From assembly GCF_963921235.1 (NCBI RefSeq), contig NC_086097.1:558001-622000 (forward strand): a stretch of 64,000 nt of DNA. The letters run 5' to 3'. A model generated the notes under the pieces. The model was not told the DNA's origin, did no database searches, and saw only the letters and a list, made by a program, of their open reading frames with translations. The stretch is from Mobula hypostoma. Its lineage: Eukaryota. The position numbers and the translations under genes were made by a program. Below are positions 12,700 through 23,959 of this stretch, one piece after another (within the stretch, counting starts at the first letter, position 1; each line of letters begins with the position of its first letter).

Positions 12700-13965
12700 G
12701 GCAGGGTGGCCATTGTTAGGAGAGGACCAGTAGTGAGAGTGGGAGTGTCAGGCTTTAGCTCAAAGGAGGCTTCAGCTTGGAAGAGGCATCAGCCCTAAGT
12801 AAGTTATCCAGGTAAGTTTCTGTTCAAGTTTCCTTTTTCTTTACTGTGTCAGAAGTACTTAGTATAGTTTAAATGGCCACTGTGTATTCTTCATGCCAGA
12901 TGTTGGAGTCCTGGGAGACCCAGAGTCTCCCAGGGAACTACGTCTGCGTGAAGTGAATCCAGCTGCAGCTCCTTGGGCTGGTGTTAGAGACCTGGAGCAG
13001 CTCCCAATTACAACATCATAGACCATAGAACAGTACAGGCCCTTCGGCCCACAATGTTGTGCCGACCCTTAAACCCTGCCTCCCATATAACCCACCACCT
13101 TAAATTCCTCCATCTACCTGTCTAGTAGTCTCTTAAATTTGACTAGTGTATCTGCCTCCACCACTGACTCAGGCAGTGCATTCCATGCACCAACCACTCT
13201 CTGAGTAAAAAACCTTCCTCTAATATCCCCCTTGAACTTCCCACCCCTTTCCTTCAAGCCATGTCCTCTTGTATTGAGCAGTGGTGCCCTGGGGAAGAGG
13301 CGCTGGCTGTCCACTCTATCTATTCCTCTTAATATCTTGTATACTCATACCTGATGATCTGTAATAATGCAACAAGATCATCGACCTTATTTCTTATATT
13401 CCATGCATTGAGATATATCCCCTTGAGTACTGTATTTGCTACCCTTTTTGATTCTGCATTCCTGATGCACTGATACTCTCCCTGCTGGCTGCAATTTTGT
13501 CATATTAGCTACCTGCCCTTCCTGACAGTCTGACTGCATGCCATCTTTGCTTTTTGACTTTCCTTCCCATCCCTTCACTCCGGTTCACAAGTATGGAGTA
13601 CTTGGTGACACAGAGCAAGTTAGGACAAAGTCAGCATGGTTTCCTTGAGGGAAAATCTTGCTGAATTCTTTCATGTAGGGGATTACATGTAGGATAGATA
13701 AAGGGGATACAGGAGATGTTGTATATTTGGATTTTCAGAAGGGCTTTGACAAAGTACCACACGTGTGGCTGCTTACCAAGTTAATAGCCCATGGTATTAC
13801 AGGAAAGTTACTAGCATGGTTAGAGCCTTGGCTGATTGGTGGGAGGCAACGAGTGGGAATATAAGAATCCTTGTCTGGTTGTCTGCCAGTGACTAGTGGT
13901 GTGCTGTAGGGGTCGGTGTTGGGACCACGTCATTTTATGCTGTATATTAACAATTTAAATGATAG
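12700..13965. mobile_element. Cluster of CR1 fragments: 5'/ORF1 (+, ~12700-13000), 3' end (-, ~13015-13345), RT (+, ~13590-13965)
   Basis: ORF 13114..13314 (RGRFFTQRVVGAWNALP) is the CR1 ORF2 C-terminus. The RT piece resumes at 18051 after the LTR element. Confidence 0.8.
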
Positions 13966-14656
13966 CATAGCCCCCCCGGCCACCCTCAGGGTCGCTCGGT
14001 TCGCTGTCCTCTAGGGAAACAGCCTCGGCCCCGCCAAACTGGGTAATTAGCTTGTGTGGATGCTGTGTGAGGTACCCCACCCACCCAAATAACAGACAAT
14101 ACACCAGATGCAATTAAATGATTTACAGTTTATAGATATTACTGGAACTATATAATTAAGAGAGAATAAAATATAAAAGGAAAATGAAAGGCACCACACT
14201 TATCGAAGTTCAATCTCTTCATGCACAAAACAGTTAGAGCTCAAGGACCTTCTTCTTCACCCTGCGACCCCTCGGACCACCTCGACCGGCCGCCTGGGAC
14301 CAACAACGGTGGTCGATCAGACGCTCCACACGAGTCCATCTCCGTCTCCTCGCCGAACGCCCTCCTCGGGGTCCGACCCCGTTAGCGGACATCACAGCAC
14401 CTCGTCCATCCTCTGTCTCGCTCTCCTGCTTTCTGCCCCAAAACCCCGCGCACACAATATCTTCAAATACACCAAAACGATAACAACTATCCCAATTGGT
14501 TAATAGCACCCTCTTATCACACTCTAAACCAAAACAAACTGCTAGCGCAAACATTCTCAGCGTTTAACACACAAAGCCGCATTCCCCAGATTAACATAAC
14601 AAAGACGCCATTTTAATTAGCCTCCGCAGTAACATAAAAGTTGAAACCCCCTTACA
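13966..14656 (-). repeat. 3' LTR (691 bp); terminal CA mutated to TG
   Basis: Preceded on the minus strand by polypurine tract tggtggggggagag (14657-14670). Confidence 0.92.
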
Positions 14657-17336
14657 CTCTCCCCCCACCAAATAAAGTCATGTCCTCATGACTTCTAAAT
14701 AACTCGCCAACCAGTCCTGCAGACACACAACACACACATACGCAGATACACACAGTGACAGTGCTCCCCAAACAGTGGACCTTACTCCCGTCCCACGGGC
14801 GCTACATAGGCCAACCTATCTGGGAGCTTCTTAACCCTCCGAGACCTCTGTACCCCCTCACCTAAACCCAAAAGGCTCAGACACTACTAGGGATACCTCG
14901 GGCCTGCTTGCCAACTCCTCTCTCACTCGGGCCACCACTACAGCTTGGAGCCCCCTGTCCCGTGTCCGGGGCCCCGCCTCACCTCCTTCCTGATCCTGCC
15001 GTAACTCAGACTGCCCACAGCTAGCCCTCCCCACTACACCTGACTCAGCGGAAGAAGGGCCAAAGGTCTCTTTCTCAATCACGGGGAAGTTAGTGAAAGG
15101 CAGCATGTACCACACATGCAACACATCATCCTTCGAATCCATATCCTTCCTCATTCCCTCGATCGGTAGCTGCTGTTTAAGTTTCTCCAAACTGAAACAT
15201 TTAGCCGGGGCTACCCCTTCAGCCTCCTGCAGTCGAGACGTCAGCTTCTTCGGGGACTCCTTCAACTCTCGCCACAGCCACAGCAGTTCTGACTCTGGGT
15301 TCCTGGCCATCTCAATCTGGGTCGCAGTTACCCCACCAGCTTCTTCCACCCTGACCTGAAAAGCAGCAGTTAACGGATGTTCAGCCTCCGGTGGTTTCTT
15401 CCTGAGGGCGTCTTCCAGGTCAACGTTCAGTTTTTCTACTTCATTTAAACTCGTGATTGTCATCTTCAGGTTCCTTTCAAGCATCCGCCTCCCTTTTCCG
15501 AGATCTGTCCTCCATTTCTTCACCTCCTCGGGAGTGTAGTCAAACTCCCCTCTCTGGGCTCTCGGTTTTCTGTTGGCCTTAGTCAGAAACACTTCCTTGA
15601 TCTTCCCCAACTTGTAAGTCTTCCAATCTTTTCTGAATCGACGTCTTGAGTTTCTGCTGATCCCTTCGAAGGTGGGTCATTGTCTCTTCTCGCTGGATTA
15701 ATTCATCAGTACATGACCGCAGTGTGGTGCAAATCCCATCTCTTCCCCGTGTCTCATTTAGATTGACAACCTAGGTTTCCATCCCCCGGTCCACCACCAT
15801 CTGTCCCAACACCAGGAAGTTCAACTAGTATGTCGGGTCATTTTTCTCACATTGCACCAATCTCCTCCGGCCAAAATGTCCTCCATATTTGACACTTCGC
15901 TTCGGTCGCCCAGGCTCAGCCACTCGCCTCACTTCATAGTCCCCCCAGGCAAATCCAAGCTCTAGGCGGTCATCCACATATGTTAAAACTCCAGACACCT
16001 TCACTTACCCCATGATCTTCCTTATGCCTCGCGGGAGGGATGCAGGGGCTCCGGATATGCCCTTGGGCATCTTTTCGGATCGGAATAATCCCAGGGAACT
16101 AGTAACGGCCGTCTTCCGTTCAACAGCCGCACTCCTTGGGATCCGGCAACATCCACTCCTCAGATACAGCACATTAAACCACATCGCATAATCCACACAC
16201 CCACTGCCTTCACCTTCCACGCCGCTTTGGCCCAGTTGCTGCGACCTCTCTCTCAGTGAGGTGTCTTCAGCGGTCAACTCCCCTCCCTCATGGTAGTTCG
16301 AAGCATCTACTAAGAGGGTCTCACCCTCAGCTACTTTCCCCAAGCCGTACCACCGCTGGGTCTCATTTAAATTCGGTACTGGCTCAAGGCTGCTACACAC
16401 GTCCTCAGAAGCAACTCGACACGCTGGGTGCCCAGACAATGCCTCCATGAACTCCAGGGTCATTAACCAATCAACGTCTTCTGGATAACTACTGCCACTA
16501 GTACCCAAGGTCTGTGGTGCCCTTGTGGTTGTCAAGGGTAAATGCTTCAGACACCGGTTGTAAAACAAACTGTACAACAACTTGACCTGCGCCCCGGGGT
16601 CAAGGATGGCTTTAGCATTGCTTCCCTCTATCCGTAACGACACCCTGGGGCGTGGTCCCTCTAAGCCTTCAGGAATAGGGTCTCCTCCTTTCGGAAGTAC
16701 ATTGGTACATTGCTGGGAACGTGCTTCCCCAGAGACCCCAAGCTGTTCCCCCACTGGGCCTCCACTAAGTTTCCCGACACCTCTCTGATCAGCTGAACAA
16801 CTGATCCCCTGAAATGATCCCCCTGGCACTACAAGCAATTTAGCCGCCCTCCTAGCCAGAGAAGACACACTGAAAACTTTCCCCCCTCTTTCAAATAACT
16901 GACAGCTGTCACTACGGTGTAAGTGAACCTGACAGCTCTGACACTGTCACCAGCCCGCCTACTCAAACTTTCAACCAATCCCTGTCGCTCTCCCTCCACC
17001 GAGCACTCTGCCACTCATCTAACAACTGAGAGATCCGCTCCGCCCGCGTCTCGCACGCCTCCGTCCCTCTTGGGGTGGACACTATCCCAAGCGCCAGGCG
17101 GAGCCTGCCAGAGTTAGAACATTTATTCGCAGTCCCCACCTTCAAATCAGACCACTCTTTCCTCCCTCTCCCAACCGCATGGACAGCCCCGAGTGCCACC
17201 TCCAACTGGTCAATGCCAGCCTGAACTCGAACAAAGACCGCACCCACAACGTATCCAGCAATAACCAGCAAATAACCCACAGTGACACACATTACAGATT
17301 TAAACAGGGCACCCACACAGCATACCAACAGACTCA

Positions 17337-17354
17337 ATCCCAGACGAGCCCCCA
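17337..17354 (-). promoter_or_regulatory. Primer-binding site complementary to tRNA-Pro
   Basis: Minus strand TGGGGGCTCGTCTGGGAT matches 17/18 of the canonical tRNA-Pro PBS TGGGGGCTCGTCCGGGAT, 3 nt from the LTR. Confidence 0.9.
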
Positions 17355-17357
17355 CAA

Positions 17358-18050
17358 TGTAGCCCACCCGGCTACCCTCAGGGTCGCTCGGCTCGCTGTC
17401 ATCTAGGGAAACAGCCTCGGCCCCGCCAAACTGGGTAATTAGTTTGTGTGGATGCTGTGTGAGGTACCCCACCCCGCCCAAATAACAGACAATACACCAG
17501 ATGCAATTAAATGATTTACAGTTTATAGATATTACTGGAACTATATAATTAAGAGAGAATAAAATATAAAAGGAAAATGAAAGGCTCCACACTTATCGAA
17601 GTTCAATCTCTTCGTGCACAAAACAGTTGGAGCTCAAGGACCTTCTTCTTCACCCTGCGACCCCTCGGACCACCTTGACCGGCCGCCTGGGACCAACAAC
17701 GGTGGTCGACCAGACGCTCCACACGAGTCCGTCTCCGTCTCCTCGCCGAACGCCCTCCTCAGGGTCCGACCCCGTTAGCGGACATCACAGCATCTTGTCC
17801 ATCCTCTGTCTCACTCTCCCGCCTTCTGCCCCAAAACCCCACGCATACAGTATCTTCAAATACACCAAAACGATAACAACTATCCCAATTGGTTAATAGC
17901 ACCCTCTTATCACACTCTAAACCAAAACAAACTGCTAGCGCAAACTTTCTCAGTGTTTAACACAACAAAGCCGCATTCCCCAGATTAACATAACAAAGAC
18001 GCCATTTTATTTAGCCTCTGCAGTAACATAAAAGTCGAAACCCCCTTACA
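17358..18050 (-). repeat. 5' LTR (693 bp), TGTAAG...CTACA
   Basis: Direct repeat of 13966-14656. Canonical TG...CA ends, followed on the minus strand by the PBS. Confidence 0.93.
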
Positions 18051-18171
18051 ATAGAATAGATGGTTTTGTTGCCAAGTTTGCAGATGGTACAAAGATTGGT
18101 GGAGGGGAAGGTCGTGTTGACGAAATAGGTACGCTGCAGAAGGACTACCTGCATTATGTGTTAAGGGAACT

Positions 18172-18462
18172 CTATGGGGTGGTCACGGTAAGTGCCGAGG
18201 GTATGCAGAGAGAGGACACAGTAAGTGGTGAAGGAATGCAGCGGTGGGGGGACATGGTAAGTGGTGAAGGAATGCAGTGGGGGACATGGTAAATGGTGAG
18301 GGTAAGTGGTGGGGTGTCATGGTATGTAGTGAGGATACACGGTGGGCGGACCTGGTAAATGGTGAGGATACATGGGGGGGGGTCATGGTAAGTGGTGAGG
18401 ATACACGGTGGGGGGGGGGTCACGGTATGTGGCGAGGGTATGCGATGGGGGTCACAGTAAGT
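18172..18462. repeat. Degenerate G-rich minisatellite (ggtaagtggtgagg... units), related to 12060-12670
   Basis: Recurring (ca)tggtaagtggtgagg(a/g)ta motif about every 30 bp. Confidence 0.75.
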
Positions 18463-21168
18463 CATCATCATCATAGCTTGTCACACCAGACAGCCAGCCA
18501 CTCTAGTGTTGTTTGTTTGGTTGATGTTGAGCAGGTCAGTGTCAGCTAAATCAGGTGAGAATGGGCAGTTGCTCAGAACACAGAAACATAGAAAGAAACA
18601 CAGAAAACCTACAGCATAATAAAAGCCCTTCGGCCCGCAAAGTTGTGCCGAACATGTCCCTACCTTAGGATTTACTAGGCTTATCTATAGCCCTCTATTT
18701 TTCTAAGCTCCATGTACGTACCTATCCAAAAGTCTCTTAAAAGACCCTATCGTATCCGCATCCACCACCATTGCCAGTGGACCATTCCACACCCTCACCA
18801 CTCTCTACGTAAAAAACTTACCCCTGACATCTCCTCTGTACCCGCTCCCCAGCACCTTAACCCAGTGTCCTCTTGTGGCAACCATTTCAGCCCTGGAAAA
18901 AAGTCTCTGACTATCCACACCATCAATGCCTCTCATCATCTTATACACCTCTATCAGGTCACCTCATCCTCCGTTGCTCCAAGGAGAAAAGGCCGAGTTC
19001 ACTCAAGCTATTCTCAGAAGGCATGCTCCCCAATCCAGGCAACATCCTTGTAAATCTCCTCTGCACCCTTTCTATAGCTTCCACATCCTACGTGTAGTGA
19101 GGCGACCAGAACTGAGCACAGTACTCCAAGTGGGGTCTGACCAGGGTCCTATATAGCTGCAACATTACCTCTCGGCTCCTAAATTCAAATCGACGATTTG
19201 GGCCGTACCCTCCAAATATCCGGACCTGCCTCTCGGTTTTTTTGCACTACCTTACTTCCCATTTTTCTATTTTCTATTGATGATTTATAATTTAAATTTT
19301 TAATATTTACTAATTTTAACTATTTATAATATTTTTAATACTTAATATTTGTAATTCAGGGAGTGTGAAGCACAGAATCAAATATCGTTGTGATGATTGT
19401 ACGTTCTAGTACCAATTGTTTGGCAACAATAGACAATAGACAATAGGTACAGGAGTAGGCCATTCGGCCCTTCGAGCCAGCACCGCCATTCACTGTGATC
19501 ATGGCTGATCATCCACTATCAGTATCCAGTTCCTGCCTTATCCCCATAACCTTTGATTCCGCTATCTTTAAGAGCTCTATCCATCTCTTTTTTGAAAGCA
19601 TCCAGAGACTTGGCCTCCACAGCCTTCTGGGGCAGAGCATTCCATATATCCACCACTCTCTGGGTGAAAAAGTTTTTCCTCAACTCCGTTCTAAATGGCC
19701 TACTCCTAATTCTTAAACTAGGGCCTCTGGTTCTGGACTCACCCATCAGCGGGAACATGCTTCCTGCCTGCAGCGTGTCCAATCCCTTAATAATCCTGTA
19801 TGTTTCAATAAGATCCCCTCTCAGCCTTCTAACTCCCAGAGTATACAAGCCCAGTCGCGCCAATCTTTTGACATATGACAGTCCCGCCATCCCGGGAATT
19901 AACCTTGTGAACCTACGCTGCACTCCCTCAATAGAAAGAATGTCCTTCCTCAAATTTGGAGACCAAAACTGCACATAGTACTCCAGGTGTGGTCTCACCA
20001 GGGCCCTGTACAGCTGCAGAAGGACCTCTTTGCTCTTATACTCAATTCAACAATAATTTGACAATAAAGTAAAAGTATCAAGGCCAATATACCATACGCC
20101 TTCTTAACCACTGAGTCAACCTGCGCAGCTGCTTTGAGCGTCCTATGGACTCGGACCCCAAGATCCCTTTGATCCTCCACACTGCCAAGAGTCTTACCAT
20201 TAATACTATATTCTGCCATCATATTTCACCTACCAAAATGAACCACTTCACACTTATCTGGGTTGAACTCCATCTGTCACTTCTCAGTCCAGTTTTGCAT
20301 CCAATCAATGTCCTGCTATAATCTCTGACAGCTCTCCACACTATCCACAACACCTGCAACTTTTGTGTCATCAGCAAAATTACTAACCCATCATTCCACT
20401 TCCTCATCCAGGTCATTTATAAAAATCATGAAGAGTAAGGGTCCCAGAACAGATTCCTGAATACCACTGGTCACCAACTTCCATGCAGAATATGACCCGT
20501 CTATAAGCACTCTTTGCCTTCTGTGGGCAAGCCTGTTCCGGATCGACAAAGCAATGCCTCCTTCGATCCCATGCCTCCTTACTTTCTCAATAAGCATTGC
20601 ATGGGGTACCTTATCAAATGCCTTGCCGAAATCCATATACACTACATCTACTGCTCTTCCTTCATCAATGTGTTTAGTCACATCCTCAAAAATTTCAATC
20701 AGGCTCGTAAGGCATGACCTGCCCTTGACAAAGCCATGCTGACTATTCCTAATCATATTATACCTCTCCAAATGTTCATAAATCCTGCCCCTCAGGATCT
20801 TCTCCATCAATTTACCAACGACTGAGGTAAGACTCACTGGCCTATAATTTCCTGGGCTATCTCTACTCCCTTTCTTGAATAAAGGAACAACATCTGCAAC
20901 CCTCTAACCCTCCAGAACCTCTCCTGTCCCATTGATGATGCAAAGATCATCGCCAGAGGCTCAGCAATTTCCTCTCTCACCCCCCACAGTAGCCTAGGGT
21001 ACATCTCATCTGGTCCCAGTGACTTATCCAACTTGGTGCCTTCCGAAAGCTCCAGCACATCCTCTTTCTTCATATCTACATGCTCAAGCTTTTCAGTTTG
21101 CTGCAAGTCATCACTACAATCACCAAGATCCTTTTCCATAGTGAATACTGAAGTAAAGTATTCATTAA

Positions 21169-21314
21169 CACAAAATAATCTACAGATGCTGGGGTCAAAG
21201 CAACACTCACAACATGCTGGAGGAACTTAGCAGGTCGGGCAGCATCCCTGGAAACGTCGACCTATCTTTTCCAAGGATGCTGCCCGACCTGCTGAGTTCC
21301 TCCAGCGTGTTGTG
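21169..21314. mobile_element. Penelope-like terminal mini-insert, palindromic
   Basis: 17-bp TSD agtaaagtattcattaa (21152-21168, 21315-21331). The insert is mostly an inverted repeat and resembles the PLE 3' end at 44864-44960. Confidence 0.75.
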
Positions 21315-23593
21315 AGTAAAGTATTCATTAAGTACCTCTGCTATTTCCTCCGGTTCCATACATACTTTCCCACTGTCACACTTGATAGGTCCTATTCTTT
21401 CACGTCTTATCCTCTTGCTCTTCACATAGTTGCAGAATGCCTTGAAGTTTTCCTCAATCCTACCTGCCAAGGCCTTCACATGATCTCTTCTGGCTCTCCT
21501 AATTTCACTCTTAAGCAGCTTCCTATCAGCCTTATAACCTTCTAGATCTCTAACATTACCTGGCTATTTGAACCTTTCGTAAGCTTTTCGTTTCTTCTTG
21601 ACTAGATTTATTACAGCCTTTGTACACCACGGTTCCTGTACCCTACCATAACTTCCCTGTCTCATTGGAACGTACCTCTGCAGAACTCCACACAAATATC
21701 CCCTGAACATTTGCCACATTTCTTCCATACTTTTCCCTGAGAACATCTGTTTCCAATTTAAGCTTCCAATTTCCTGCCTGATCGCCTCATAATTCCCCTT
21801 ACTCCAATTAAACATTTTTCTAACTTGTCTGTTCCTATCTCTCTCCAATGCTATTGCAACGGAGATAGAATTATGATCACTATCTCCAAAATGCTCTCCC
21901 ACTGAGAGATCTGACACTTGACCAGGTTCATTTCCCAATACCAAATCAAGTACAGCCTCTCCTCTTGTAAGCTTATCTACATATTGTGTCAAGAAACCTT
22001 CCTGAACACATCTAAAAAACTACACCCCGTCTAAACCCCTTGCTGTAGGGAGATGCCAATCGATAGTTGAGAAATTAAAATCTCACATCACGACAACTCT
22101 GTTATTATTACACCCTTCCAGGATCTGTTTCCCTATCTGCTCCTCGATATCCCTGTTACTATTGGGCGGCCTATTAAAAACACCCAGTAAAGTTATTGAC
22201 CCCTTCCTGTTCCTAATCTCCACCCACAGAGACTCCGCAGACAATCCCTCCATGGCGTCCACCTTTCCTGCAGCCATGACACTATCTCTGATCAACAGTT
22301 CCATGCCCCCACCTCTTTTGCCTCCCTCCCTGTTCTTTCTGCAACATCTAAAACCGGCACTTGAAGTAACCATTCCTGTCCCAGAGCCATCCAGGACATA
22401 ATGGCCACAACATCATAGCTCCAAGTACTGATCCACGCTCTAAGCTCATCCACTTTGTTCACAATACCCCTTGCGTTAAAATAGACGCATCTCAAACCGT
22501 CCGTCTGAGCACGTCCCTTCTCTATCACCTGCCTATCCTCCCTCTCGCACTGTCTCCTAGCTTTCTGTATTTGTGAGCCAACCTCCTTTTCCCCAGTCTC
22601 TTCAGTTCGGTTCCCACCCCCTAACAATTCTAGTTTAAACTCTCCCCAGTAGCCTTAGCAAACCTCCCCAGCAGGAAATTTGTACCCCTGGGATTCAAGT
22701 GCAACCCGTCCTTTCTGTACAGGTTACACCTGCCCCAAAAGAGGTCCCAATGATCCAGAAATCTGAATCCCTGCCCCCTGCCCCCTGCTCCAATCCCTCA
22801 GCCACGTATTTATCCTCCACCTCATTCTACTCCTATTCTCGCTGTCACGTGACACAGGCAGTAATCCTGAGATTACTACTTCTGTGGTCCTGCTTCTCAA
22901 CTTCCTTCCAGCTCCCTGCCATCTTTTTTCAGGACCTCTTCCCTTTTCCTACCTATGTCATTGGTACCAATATGTACCACGACCTCTGGCTGTTCTCCAT
23001 CCCACTGCAGGATATCTTGGACGTGATCTGAAACATCCCGGACCCTGGCACCTGGGAGGCAAACTACCATCCATGATTCTTTCCTGCGTCCACAGAATCG
23101 CCTGACTGACGCCCTAACTATAGAGTCCCCTATCACTACTGCCTTCCTCTTCCTTTCCCTACCCTTCTGAGCCACAGGGCCAGTCTCTGTGCCAGAGGCA
23201 CGGCTACTGTCGCTTCCCCCAGGTAGGCTGTCCCCCCTAACAGTACTCAAACAGGAGTACTTATTGTCAAGGGGTACAGCCACAGGGGTACTCTCTAGTA
23301 CCTGACTCTTCCCCTTCCCTCTCCTGACTGTGACCCACTTGTCTGTCTCCCGCAGCCCCGGTGTGACCACCTGCCTATAACTCCTTTCTATCACCTCCTC
23401 GCTCTCCCTGACCAGGCGAAGGTCATCGAGCTGCATCTCCAGTTCTCTAACTCAGTCCCCTAGGAGTTGCAGCTGGACACACCTGGTGCAGATATGGCCG
23501 TCCAGGAGGCTGGGAGACTCCAGGACCTCCCACATCTGACACCGAGCACAGAAAACTGGCCTCGCACACATACTTACACATACATACACATGT

Positions 23594-23629
23594 AGTCCTG
23601 ACGAAGGGTCTCGGCCTGAAACGTCGACT
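23594..23629 (+). ncRNA. Minimal type I hammerhead ribozyme motif in a Penelope-like fragment (~23593-23692)
   Basis: agtc CTGACGA agggtctcggcct GAAAC GTC gact: stem I agtc/gact, intact core, GUC cleavage triplet, palindromic short stem III (acgt). Confidence 0.8.
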
Positions 23630-23959
23630 GCACCTCTTCCTACAGATGCTGCCTGGCCTGCTGCGTTCACCAGCAACTTTGATGTGTGTTGCTCACACAC
23701 ATACTTCCTCCTTTCCGCAAATAACACAGGTAAACCTACCTCGCCTCATCCCGTTACCGCCTAAGCCCATTAAGCTAAAGCCCTATTGTTCTGATGCCTC
23801 TCACTCCGCTTCCTGCTCCGAACATTGCCCGCTGGGGATGGCGGTCCCCACAGTATGTTCAATGTTCTGCACCCTTTTGCCACACTCACAGGATCTGCTA
23901 GTCTTTAAACCCCACTTCACCATATTGTCTCCTGTCCTACAAACTCCCATAAAGGCTGC

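Larger units (their letters stand above)
13966..18050 (-). mobile_element. Ty3/Gypsy LTR retrotransposon, non-autonomous and internally deleted, 4085 bp
   Basis: Two ~690-bp direct repeats, 4-bp TSD atag (13962-13965, 18051-18054), PBS and PPT. Relics of PNMA-like gag (ISQLLDEW), protease ([11 protein letters not shown]) and RT ([11 protein letters not shown]). Confidence 0.92.
18575..23900 (-). mobile_element. Near full-length CR1 LINE (ORF1 zinc finger/esterase + ORF2 APE-RT), decayed, with nested inserts
   Basis: ORF1: CARCQMW...HICTRC, VIGDSIVR, HIGTND. ORF2: [25 protein letters not shown]. 3' tail near 18575-18605. Nested inserts at ~19186-20070 (includes a different CR1 3' end at 19430-20045), 21169-21314 and ~23593-23692. 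Confidence 0.88.

Noticed and set aside
13966..18050. Endogenous gammaretrovirus (because of the tRNA-Pro PBS) or domesticated PNMA gene
   Set aside because: Relics are Gypsy-like, there is no env-like ORF with signal peptide or TM anchor, and the gag is frameshifted and still between LTRs.
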